Shown here one piece after another: positions 18,601 through 26,756 of a stretch of 29,108 nucleotides of DNA. The number at the start of each line of letters is the position of its first letter. Position 1 is the first letter of the stretch. This DNA comes from Gemmatimonadota bacterium (GTDB lineage: Bacteria; Latescibacterota; UBA2968; UBA8231): assembly GCA_038128265.1 (NCBI GenBank), contig JAYPJE010000001.1:128582-157689 (forward strand), written 5' to 3'. Both the position numbers and the translations under genes were made by a program. Below the pieces are notes generated by a model. It searched no databases. It saw nothing but the letters and a program-made list of their open reading frames with translations, and was not told the DNA's origin.

Positions 18601-20100
18601 GATAAAGAGCGGTATTGCTTCGATCCAGTGGTCGGCCTCTTCCAACCAGCGGTAGTCGGGACTGCTGTAGACGCGATTGCCCGACAGGCGCATGAGCTTT
18701 TTGAGGTTCTCGGCCTTGCCGAGATAGGGTTCCTCAAACTCGTTGATCTTGATGAGCAGATGCGAGCCGGTCGGCGATGGACGCTGACTGACGACTACGT
18801 AGGCGGCGTTGCGCTTGGGCGCAGCTAGGGCCGCGCGGCGCACCTGTTCTACCAGGCGCAGGCGCGCGCTGGTCTGCTGGCCGATGTGGGCATCGTCCAG
18901 GCTCGGCAGCGCTTCGGCTGCCAGCTCGTCTCCGTGGTTCTCAATCTGCTCGCGCGCGCGCTGCAAGAGGTTCAGCGTCTCGCGCTGCTGGACGTCGAGC
19001 ACGGCTTCTTCAAAGCGCTCGCAGGCTCCTTCTAACTGCGTCAGGGCAACTTCATCGCTCTGCTTGAGCAGCAGGCGCAGCGCCTCGGCCGTCGGCTGCA
19101 GGGCCTCGCTGTCGCGCGACGTTTCGTCGAGCGCATCGGCCAGTTCGGCCATGGCAGCGGTCGGGCGCAGCAGGGCTGCATCCGCAAAGAGCGTGCCCTG
19201 ATTGTGAAAGGCGCGGCTCATGCGGCCAAAGACCAACTCCTGCTGTTCCCGGCGCACTTCGGTGGCGATGCGGACGATGTTGTCGCCCTCGAGTTCGCGG
19301 TCGTAGGCGCGCAGCACCTCGTAGAGGCGCAGGCGTTTTTCGTCGGGGTCGATATCGCTGGACAGCACCTCGCGCGCGGCGCGGCGATCGTAGGGCAGGT
19401 CGAGCCGGTCCTGACCCAGCAGCCAGGTGATGTGCAGGTCGCGCCACGCCGCCTCGCTCATGTCTTCTGCGCTGCGCGTGGCGGCCCGGTCTAGGAAGTG
19501 GGCAAAGGCGTTGCCGCTGTCCAGGTGCGGCGATTCGAGTAGCTGGTGCAGGCGCAGGCGTTCGCTGCGCGACAGCGCGTCGTGCAGCGAGAGCACATCG
19601 CGCAGCGCGCGGCGCGGCGCCGCCCCGCGACGAACGCTGAAGAGATAGTACTGGCCGAGCGCCAACAGCACTTCAAAGCCGTTGAGTAGCTCGGGCTGGG
19701 CAGCCGTCAGATCGCCCTTGTGGGGATCCAGTTCGATGTCGAATAGGGGCGCAATATCGCAGGCGACGTAGATCGCCTCGTCGCCGATGTCGAGCAGTCG
19801 CTCGTGGTCGCGCACAAAGTGAATGCGCAGTCCGTCCAGTTCGCTCCAAAAGGTCGCGTCGACCTGCTCGGCAAAGCGGCGCAGCACCAGGTGTAGGGCG
19901 CGCTCACACAGGCGCGCCGTCAGACGCGCCGGGGCCGCCGTGTCGTCGTCCAGCTGTATAGCCGGTGGAACAATGGTTTCGCTGGACGTGCGGTAGTAGC
20001 CCGCCCCGACCTGTTGGCCGCTGCCGCGCCGGGCGCGCCAGAGACCTGCGCGCGGGTTGTGCGATGCTACAAGTCGCAGGGGAAAGCCGATAGAAGACAC
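12673..20100 (-). CDS. 2475-aa multidomain enzyme: expanded UDP-glucose/GDP-mannose dehydrogenase-like region fused to a C-terminal ATP-grasp domain
   Basis: Uninterrupted ORF, GTG start with CAGGAG RBS. Dehydrogenase motifs YTPSRVDLG, ELLKTGEN, GEGYGGYCVPKD, AEYKPDTQDGR. ATP-grasp motifs IVKDAAGSGGRG, IQEVV, VTNVGRGG, MLDFL, LVEPN. Confidence 0.8.
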   Translation of the reverse strand: MSSIGFPLRLVASHNPRAGLWRARRGSGQQVGAGYYRTSSETIVPPAIQLDDDTAAPARLTARLCERALHLVLRRFAEQVDATFWSELDGLRIHFVRDHERLLDIGDEAIYVACDIAPLFDIELDPHKGDLTAAQPELLNGFEVLLALGQYYLFSVRRGAAPRRALRDVLSLHDALSRSERLRLHQLLESPHLDSGNAFAHFLDRAATRSAEDMSEAAWRDLHITWLLGQDRLDLPYDRRAAREVLSSDIDPDEKRLRLYEVLRAYDRELEGDNIVRIATEVRREQQELVFGRMSRAFHNQGTLFADAALLRPTAAMAELADALDETSRDSEALQPTAEALRLLLKQSDEVALTQLEGACERFEEAVLDVQQRETLNLLQRAREQIENHGDELAAEALPSLDDAHIGQQTSARLRLVEQVRRAALAAPKRNAAYVVVSQRPSPTGSHLLIKINEFEEPYLGKAENLKKLMRLSGNRVYSSPDYRWLEEADHWIEAIPLFIKEQVSVVNGREQTRTVVDIAGMEESFREEMADHWARNIRRVLESELIALAREWIAGRGGTDSDLIARAQERASDAEVLALASLFDALYARDGAAVHQLVEREDIEPYAALRRIFIEDEHAALAALRPLRESGLSWSDAVDGVATSLNLPCNPAAWQERHCEAFAPRPTLPTLHVLTTQSAGMTEGYIRTWLEESMALYNVVSQFDLHPQVEERQRFYAERIAQLGRHIVRELGIWVEVEELASREQISEGAALRRVIGGNGRVQRELATLGVLVAHQEQQAGALLSGALSEPTLVEEHLQREGDALRERALDHVVSRNGEALQSAVAAYAAAHPGCDARQALRAVVDADADYRQDRETYARFAARQQVLEDLDAADSTLGLSQRADSFLRRYGRLAKTTARKEIVAEHGLAHRTLHPLHYYQASGANKRYHLLYTPSRVDLGHRERESVETWSQWVGGADRAAARVGRRIYGLINKSVQSYESLTQPELLKTGENASMSSHFAFSNALSLMTTASGHGDIEEMGDQMSRRRDRLIHPAGEGYGGYCVPKDGLFLEFVLTLTRGEKLRQIGLPEDQHERAVQLAHDVLAQRDQYATHFEWEQWAADYLQQHIDATSSIFHLTRVAGVLDGLGQPELRDPYRVMTSLAAHWGIHKMVAGGEHVNRFMPFFKTWLLRQAVVEAARRHPHVPIDTARFVAVLAAEYKPDTQDGRFAAGMRKFEIMAGTGQHLLYSLDSEGQELAALTGEGYAALKARGRGQRIVELLGGDPSALDEERLCAIFPAYAPPGQMRVVSPTGLSTQDLLSYTSDTRLEEIAADAERRLLACGFGESEIEANMQVYGPDVARWAHRAPIDDQTKRALCEELGGRLHALHLATVGPEYDYERALQGADVLDAGIPHRQLLDLLENPAHLCDLMLEGNPHSALVIVDGASGARRRAMNRFDVMLFFAAGDNRQRESVYASIGLGGQTIESWRAAMRRRRRRAEALGHALVENRPADARLIYDEIRDEIRQEQEVEQQLDEAAKLHRFGRDRERDRHIARLLAGIGRGLELDALDFETFLALGGLFLLDGQPESEIRTYRQRVEAAVAALTNSAPPDPQRPLSALLHARFQPRAEEFREEKGIESSNKASEESPTIAIEARRQLAERIALARALNERQSAFDAVDAQHIAFDAACTAADDALGDGATAPSEAAFGTFCGHARNALFALASHLFDEEHPEVAQGFIERISALFASRQIEEENWRAIAGGYEDIGDLGRLAQRTVELRQGAHITQAEHDRRLDMIARAGALFYSLYAIETTIAFTHAPAEERDTEALWRGLAEFFAETINDHFYPYRPWIFDRGIGFDHVEGEALYQLAAHHHAWLYRYLRTVVCTCSEVAALSQQEQDLLLGNWLDGQAIEAIGAGAASPAEHLWRSYGQLRELAFIRNDGFPIPEIFSQFDPELIDAEHRVNHIFAVPVGRTHYSRALGEGPTLCRQLRDQGRAGANLIISRYIEMADGQPPTVRVASGHFYIDAETYAQALQRHKGLSAEEAARRASAVPAKGIRVAAAFTRPVLAALIYPFHGDPSYDEGQLEACGLPYTIQSRFHTWTTYDKAKYPDIFPPSSGVEIPAEIDWLSRYGEGASEAQVKEWIERGREGTPYPGLAEFARQHRIAIVKDAAGSGGRGMSVFVLRRVDGSLDDEAMREAVDFTYQIALKNNVSIQEVVVSSPEYWATEDFMRSFVDRQIVDWGSSVDRQRRPRTSIYGSHRIILSTDAPQAENTADKWHISHWITLNSKQLVTNVGRGGNLDLFLPDIVQEVHREALFAKLAEAGARVMEALAAYEARTAEAYLQETGARVGRDLSGVSYGNPRYMMLDFLVAPVFDSEGELVDIQPQYDERGQRSGSQYVLRRGDQTFPARIRDWRVVLVEPNIGLGLWDRVALREAVLEEQAADAAGRAVDADAIGQQARIVLSDLTKAGEDYVAALRRAGDARP

Positions 20101-20176
20101 GAATTACTCTCCTGAGTAGAAGGGGGCGCAGGGGTGGTGCGCACCGTGATGCAGGCGGTGGGCCGTCGAATAGGCG

Positions 20177-21763
20177 TCAGGCCGTCTGCTGTAAAAAGGC
20201 GATAGAAGCGCTTTTAATCTTGGGCGCCGTCAGATAGCATAGCTTGAAGAATTGTCTGTAGTCGATCAACTGCCACAGGCAGTCGGGCACCTCGAGCCCC
20301 TCCAGCGCGCCGGACAGCGCTTCGAGGCAATCTTGGCCAATGGCCTCTTCGACGGCTTCGTCAAGGCCCATGCCCGATTTGGTTTTGACCGCCGCTTCGA
20401 TCTGCGAAAAGATGAGGGGAAACGGATGATGCGCCTCGCCGGGGTAGGGAAACAGACAGTTGCTGGCCAAGTTGGCCAGGGCGATCAGTTGGAGCAGGTA
20501 CGGCGAGTTTTCGCCCACGTCGTGGTGATGGGCGATGACCTGGATGAGCCCGGCCGGTAGCTCCCACTTTTCGGCCAGGCGCGAGCCGATAATCTGGTGG
20601 TCGATATCCTGCATGAGAAAGCGCTCTATGGCCAACGTGGAATGGGCCCACAGCTGGCCCTCTTCTTCGGCCTCTTGTGCCTCCGACTCGATGACGGCGT
20701 TGATTAGCTGCAGCGAATCCTCCAGGCACATGATCATGGTGATCTTGCCGATGTCGTGCAGCAGGCCCGAGGTAAAGGGATCGTCTTTTTCGTGTAGCTC
20801 GAAGCGGTTCCACAGTTCGGCCTGGCGCAGGGCCTCCAGCTGGTCGTCTTCAAACTGGTAGCGATCGAGCTCGTTTCTATGCTGGGGCGACTGCTGGGCT
20901 GGGTCGGCTGGCAGCACGAAGAGCTTGGCGTAAAAGGCGGCCGCCAGCGAGTGGCGCCAGTACTGGTCGATGGTGCGCTCGTTGGTATTGCGCAAGATCT
21001 GGCGCATCTGGCAGGCGGTGACGATCTCGCGGATCGTCCGTGCGCTCGCCAGCGAGACGGCCTGCTCGATGGTTTCGACGCGCGTGCGAAAACCGTAGCG
21101 CGCGCTGTTGAGCAGGCGCAGGATAACGGTGCGCATGGGCACATCCGAGTCGATGGCCTCGGCCCACTTTCTCGGCGAGTCCATATCGTCCAACTCGGCG
21201 ACTTTGCGCTGCGTTTCGGGCAGCGAGGGAAATTTATCGACCGCATTGAGGCGCGCGTCGATCATGCTGCCGCGCTCTTCCGGACTCATGTTTTCCAAGT
21301 CGATGCCCACCGACATGCCGGAGATAACGTAGTCTTTGATGATGGGAGCAAAGAAGTCGCCGTTTGCATCGCCCACTTCGACGATGGTAATCCCGAGCTG
21401 CTCGAGATTTTTCTCCGTTGCCTTGATTGCTTCTACGCTGCTGCCGAGCGGATTTCTGCGGGGGTGTATGACGATGACAATTTTAGCTTTTTTTGACAGC
21501 ATGCGCGCCACGGCGGTGGCGTTGCCGGTTAGCCCGGGGCCGATGAGGACCATTTTGACGGTGCCGAGGTAGCGGCGCAGGGCCAGCGCGACTTCGGTGC
21601 TGTCCTTGCACACGGCGTACTTGATGCGGTCCTCTGCTGCCAGCGCGCTGTTTTCTACGCGCAGATGCTGCAGCAGAGCGACTAGATGCGCCTCGGGCTG
21701 TATCTTGTCGCCGATGACGATCAGCGGGTTGTCCTCGTACTGCGGGGCTTCTTCGTCGCTCAA
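20177..21763 (-). CDS. HDOD-domain signalling protein with N-terminal receiver-like domain
   Basis: FPSLP, ILRLLNSARYG, YWRHSLAAA, FTSGLLHDIGK, DHQIIGSRLAEKWELP...HH. TTG 21763 has a GGAGG RBS; TTG 21778 is an alternative start. Confidence 0.85.
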   Translation of the reverse strand: MSDEEAPQYEDNPLIVIGDKIQPEAHLVALLQHLRVENSALAAEDRIKYAVCKDSTEVALALRRYLGTVKMVLIGPGLTGNATAVARMLSKKAKIVIVIHPRRNPLGSSVEAIKATEKNLEQLGITIVEVGDANGDFFAPIIKDYVISGMSVGIDLENMSPEERGSMIDARLNAVDKFPSLPETQRKVAELDDMDSPRKWAEAIDSDVPMRTVILRLLNSARYGFRTRVETIEQAVSLASARTIREIVTACQMRQILRNTNERTIDQYWRHSLAAAFYAKLFVLPADPAQQSPQHRNELDRYQFEDDQLEALRQAELWNRFELHEKDDPFTSGLLHDIGKITMIMCLEDSLQLINAVIESEAQEAEEEGQLWAHSTLAIERFLMQDIDHQIIGSRLAEKWELPAGLIQVIAHHHDVGENSPYLLQLIALANLASNCLFPYPGEAHHPFPLIFSQIEAAVKTKSGMGLDEAVEEAIGQDCLEALSGALEGLEVPDCLWQLIDYRQFFKLCYLTAPKIKSASIAFLQQTA

Positions 21764-21883
21764 CAGGGCGTCCTCCAAGCGGGTCCGTGGCGCTGAGATG
21801 ATGCGAAGGTATCAGCCGGGCAAAGACCCAAAAATAGCTTGGAGGCAGCAATAAATCAACATGCTATCGAACGGAGTACTAAA

Positions 21884-21920
21884 GGAAAAGAGAAGCCCCT
21901 AAGAGGGACTTCTCTTTTCC
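21884..21920 (-). terminator. Strong hairpin / probable intrinsic terminator after the sigma54 regulator
   Basis: GGAAAAGAGAAG-CCCCT-AAG-AGGG-A-CTTCTCTTTTCC: 12-bp perfect outer stem about 25 bp after the regulator stop. Confidence 0.7.
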
Positions 21921-21944
21921 GTCTTAACAGACTGTGCGTTCAGG

Positions 21945-23366
<1,422 letters not shown>

Positions 23367-23385
23367 GATGTGTTCCTCGCTGTGT

Positions 23386-24633
23386 TTATTGGGGTAAGTT
23401 GACGTAAAATTGCGTGCCCTGGCCGGGATGGCTGTCGACCCGAATGGATCCGCTGTGCGCCTCGACGATTTTCTTCGAGGTCACCAGACCCAAGCCGGTG
23501 CCGTCTTCTTTGGTAGTGAAGAAGGGCGTAAAGAGTTTGTCGCGCACCTCGTCCTCCATGCCGATGCCGGTGTCGCCCACGCAGAGCACGCCGGCGTCGC
23601 CTTCGGCGGCTACGCGGATGTGCAGGGTGCCGCCCTCGGGCATGGCTTGGGTGGCATTTTGCAAGAGGTTGAGAATGACCTGCTGGATCTGCTCTGGGTC
23701 GAGGCGGCAGACTAGCTCGCCGTCGGCATAGTCGCGCTCGACGGCGATGTCGTCGCGCTGGCGCTCGAGGTCGATCTCGAAAAAGGCCACCGACTCCTCG
23801 ACGAGTTCGACGAGGTTGACCGGATGGGTGTTGAGGCGCAGGGGACGGGTGTAGGTCAGCAGGCTGGAGACGATGCGATTGAGGCGACCGACGCCTTCGA
23901 TAATGCGGTGGACCAGGCGGCGGTTGGGATCTTCGGCGTCTAGATCGCGCTCGAGCATGCCGGCATAGCCGGCGATGCCGCCCAGCGGGTTGCGAATCTC
24001 GTGTGCCACGGTTGCGGCCATCTCGCCCAGTGCGGCCAGCGTGTTGACGCGCTGCACTTCGGCCTCCAGGCGCTTTACTTCAGTCATGTCGTGAAAGACT
24101 TCTACCGCGCCGAGCACCGTGCCCTGTTCGTCGCGCAGCAGGGAGGTGCTAAAGCCGAGGGGGATGGTGCGGCCGTCGGCGCGGCGCAGGGCCTTTTCCC
24201 TGTTGAGCAGACGTTCGCCGGTGTCCAGCGTGTGCATGGCCGTGTGCTGGCGGCCGTCGGCCAGGCCGATGATATCGGCGTAGGGGTAGCCCAAAACCTG
24301 GTCCTGGCTGTAGCCGGTAATCTCTTCGGCCTCTTGGTTGAAGTGGGCGATTTCGCCGTTGAGATCGACGACGAGGACGCCGCCGCTCATGCTGTCGAGA
24401 ATGTTGTTGAGGTAATTGGTAACGCGGTCGCGCTCTTCGACGCGCTTTTGCAGGTCGATGTTGGTCTCTTCGAGCTTGACCGTCAGCGACTCAAACTGCG
24501 CTTCGAGCTGTTCGTAGGCCTCGCGATACTTGCGCGTCGTCTCCTGAAAAAGGATGTAGGAGTCGGTGAAGCTGTCGAGCTGGCTGTCGCTGCGTCCCAG
24601 CGGCAGCGGCGAGGTTGAATCGGCGGAAGCCAT
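23386..24633 (-). CDS. Cytoplasmic PAS sensor histidine kinase (FlrB/FleS/AtoS-like)
   Basis: Start re-called at ATG 24633. N-terminal coiled coil, PAS, H-box AHEIRNPLGGI, N-box NLLQNA, DTGIG, FTPFFTTK, GTGLGL. No transmembrane segment seen. Confidence 0.92.
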   Translation of the reverse strand: MASADSTSPLPLGRSDSQLDSFTDSYILFQETTRKYREAYEQLEAQFESLTVKLEETNIDLQKRVEERDRVTNYLNNILDSMSGGVLVVDLNGEIAHFNQEAEEITGYSQDQVLGYPYADIIGLADGRQHTAMHTLDTGERLLNREKALRRADGRTIPLGFSTSLLRDEQGTVLGAVEVFHDMTEVKRLEAEVQRVNTLAALGEMAATVAHEIRNPLGGIAGYAGMLERDLDAEDPNRRLVHRIIEGVGRLNRIVSSLLTYTRPLRLNTHPVNLVELVEESVAFFEIDLERQRDDIAVERDYADGELVCRLDPEQIQQVILNLLQNATQAMPEGGTLHIRVAAEGDAGVLCVGDTGIGMEDEVRDKLFTPFFTTKEDGTGLGLVTSKKIVEAHSGSIRVDSHPGQGTQFYVNLPQ

Positions 24634-24646
24634 GGCGATCTTTCTC

Positions 24647-25015
24647 TCAGCTCCGGGCCGCACGCCGTGCGCCGTATTGATAGGGGCGCGGGCGGTTGAT
24701 GGGAATGCCCTTAGAGGCGAGCAGTTTTTGGTTGCCGTCTTCCAGCTCTAGCAGCGTGCGCATCTGCGCGATTAGCTGCGACAGGTCGCCGTGTCCCTCG
24801 GCCGGCGGCTGAGTGGCCAGGGCGCGAATGCCCTCCTGGAGCTGGGTGACTTCGGCGGCCGACTGGCGCAGCAGCGGCGTCAGGTCGCAGGTCGCCTTGC
24901 CCGTCTGCAGTTCGGCGCGAATGCGCTGCGCCAGATCGATACACTGGGCGCATTGGGTGCCCAACTGCGCGAAGGGGTCGGTGTGCTGCGTCTGCGGTTG
25001 TTCTGCTGCGTGCAT
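24647..25015 (-). CDS. Small helical protein, possibly FlgN/FliT-like flagellar chaperone
   Basis: ~122 aa, all-helical, ends with LLELEDGNQKLL resembling the FlgN N..LL motif. GAGGA RBS favours ATG 25015 over 25021. Confidence 0.5.
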   Translation of the reverse strand: MHAAEQPQTQHTDPFAQLGTQCAQCIDLAQRIRAELQTGKATCDLTPLLRQSAAEVTQLQEGIRALATQPPAEGHGDLSQLIAQMRTLLELEDGNQKLLASKGIPINRPRPYQYGARRAARS

Positions 25016-25055
25016 GTCCATTCCTCGGGTCTGAGTCTGAGATCGCCCCCACTAT

Positions 25056-25071
25056 AGCAAAAGGGATGCCT
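25056..25071 (-). promoter_or_regulatory. sigma54 (-24/-12) promoter
   Basis: Minus strand AGGCATCCCTTTTGCT = GG-N10-GC with TTGCT, 40 bp before the first gene of the module. Confidence 0.75.
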
Positions 25072-25218
25072 CTCGTGCCAGACGAGGGGAATTTTACTCC
25101 CCAAGCGCGGCCAAAAGGGAAAAAAAGGCCGTGAAAGCGGGGAAAAGCCGCCGAATATGGGAGGACGGAGCAGGCGGGCCGATGCGGCCGCATACAGGGG
25201 GTCGGGCAGAGTCTATGC

Positions 25219-25262
25219 GGAAAAAACTTCCACACGGCACTCGAGTGTGGGAAAATATTGCC
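25219..25262. promoter_or_regulatory. Candidate enhancer (UAS) dyads for a sigma54 activator
   Basis: GGAAAAAACTTCC (25219-25231) and GGAAAATATTGCC (25250-25262), 31 bp apart, 150-190 bp upstream of the -24 element. Confidence 0.45.
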
Positions 25263-25309
25263 AAATATAGGCGGGAAGGCGCGCCTATAGCAAGCGCAAA
25301 AGGCGGGTT

Positions 25310-25975
25310 CTAGCGGTTGGCCATGGGGCGCACTTTGCGCTCTAAATGGCCTGAATACAGCCTTTTACGCGATGGGCGATTGCCCCAGCGCACGCGCATG
25401 CGATCCTCGGCGGCCGGCACGGCGACCTCGACCAGGCGGTCGGGCTGCTGCTCGAGAATGCGACAGGTGGTTTGCGCGCTGATATGGCCCTGGCGGGCCA
25501 GGCGCAGCGCGTGTGCGGCCCACAGCAGGCCGAGCAGGCCAAATACGGCGATGTCGGCGCTCAGCCCGGTCATGTAGGTGATAAACGTCGCATCGTTCTC
25601 AATTAGATACAGGCTCATGGCCAGCAGCGTGCAGAAAAACAGGCACAGGGCAAAGGCGGCATGGCAGTAGCCGCGCCAGAAGCGGTGGCGGTTGTAGCGC
25701 AGGGCTTCGGCGTCGCGCAGGGGAATATCGAGGGCGTCGTCGACCTGCTTGCCGTCGACCAGGGCCGGCAGCAGGCGGGCAATGCGCTGGAAGCGCTCGC
25801 CCAGAGCCAGCAGGCCGGTGACGGCCATAGCCGTTCCCAAGATAAAGGCCGCGCCGCCGGGCGCAACCCAAGTAAACGGCGCTAGGTGTTCGGGGTGGAT
25901 GCCCAGGCAGAGGGCGATTTGGGCAGCGGACGCAATAAGCGCCCCCAGGGCAAAGAGAAAAATAAAACGCCTCAC
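25310..25975 (-). CDS. Hypothetical membrane protein (~4 TM helices)
   Basis: GTG 25975 with GGAG RBS (MRRFIFLFALGAL). Four hydrophobic segments and a basic C-terminus. Confidence 0.6.
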   Translation of the reverse strand: MRRFIFLFALGALIASAAQIALCLGIHPEHLAPFTWVAPGGAAFILGTAMAVTGLLALGERFQRIARLLPALVDGKQVDDALDIPLRDAEALRYNRHRFWRGYCHAAFALCLFFCTLLAMSLYLIENDATFITYMTGLSADIAVFGLLGLLWAAHALRLARQGHISAQTTCRILEQQPDRLVEVAVPAAEDRMRVRWGNRPSRKRLYSGHLERKVRPMANR

Positions 25976-26034
25976 GGCAATCTCCACGGGCACTAGGTAG
26001 AAAGGACCGCGCAGGGCACGGCGTGATCTAGTGC

Positions 26035-26637
26035 TCAGTGGGCAAGATCTGTGCCATATTTCTTCTCGCCGGCCGCCACGCTGAAGGGCAGGGTGTTGTG
26101 GGCGGGTGGCACCGGGCATATATAGGCGAGATTGTAGTCGCAGTATGGATTGTAAGCGCCATTAAAATCAATGAGATATAGCCCATCTTGTAGAGGCGCT
26201 ACCTGCACGTAGCGCCCGCCCACATAGGTGGTCTGGCCGCTGCTCTGGTCTTTGAAAAAGGCTTCGAGTTGGCCGTTCTCCAAGCTGCGGTAGACCTCGA
26301 GCCAGTACTCTTTTTCCCCCCAGCTAAAGTAGAGGCGGCCAAAACGTTCCATCGTCAGGGTAGTGCCGCCGGTATCGGGCACTTCAATTTGGCGCTGGCG
26401 ACCGTAGATGTGCATCTGGCCGACGAGGCGGTAGGCCAGATCGATGGGATAGTAGGCCAAGCCGCGAAACGATGGCTGGTCTTCGGGCAGCAGCGGCGAG
26501 TCGGTGCCGTGGCGCAGCAGGCTGTCTTTGAGGGCGCGCGTATCGCGTATAAAGTCGATGTGGGCGCTCTCCTCGGCAGAGGGCTGGGCGCTGGCGATGT
26601 GGGCCAGCAGCAGCAGGAGCGGTATGGGGCGAAGCAT
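26035..26637 (-). CDS. DUF1684 family secreted protein
   Basis: Signal peptide, SPL...FRGLAYYPID, FKD...TTYVGGRY, IDFNGAYNPYCDYN...CPVPP. Confidence 0.88.
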   Translation of the reverse strand: MLRPIPLLLLLAHIASAQPSAEESAHIDFIRDTRALKDSLLRHGTDSPLLPEDQPSFRGLAYYPIDLAYRLVGQMHIYGRQRQIEVPDTGGTTLTMERFGRLYFSWGEKEYWLEVYRSLENGQLEAFFKDQSSGQTTYVGGRYVQVAPLQDGLYLIDFNGAYNPYCDYNLAYICPVPPAHNTLPFSVAAGEKKYGTDLAH

Positions 26638-26756
26638 GGGCATCCTTTGCGCGTTGACGCAGGCGGCGATTGTCGACTTATTTCAGCACGCTTTTGAACG
26701 TACTACAAACAACGAAAAGCGCGCGCTTTTTTTCAAGCTAGCGCGGGAGGGACGCC

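Noticed and set aside
15710..19250. Inteins as the explanation for the large insertions in the giant protein
   Set aside because: No C/S-start plus HN-[C/S/T] splice junctions or LAGLIDADG motifs were seen; the HN near aa 299 is followed by Q.
12673..20100. Giant ORF as NRPS/PKS, adhesin or toxin
   Set aside because: No adenylation, condensation, KS or carrier motifs, no signal peptide and no RTX/Rhs-type repeats were seen.
21779..21880. sigma28 or sigma54 promoter upstream of the HDOD gene
   Set aside because: Only a weak GCTGATAC match without a proper -35, and no correctly spaced GG-N10-GC with consensus context.
21884..21920. Hairpin as a REP/MITE or ncRNA
   Set aside because: Single copy in the window and positioned like an ordinary terminator.
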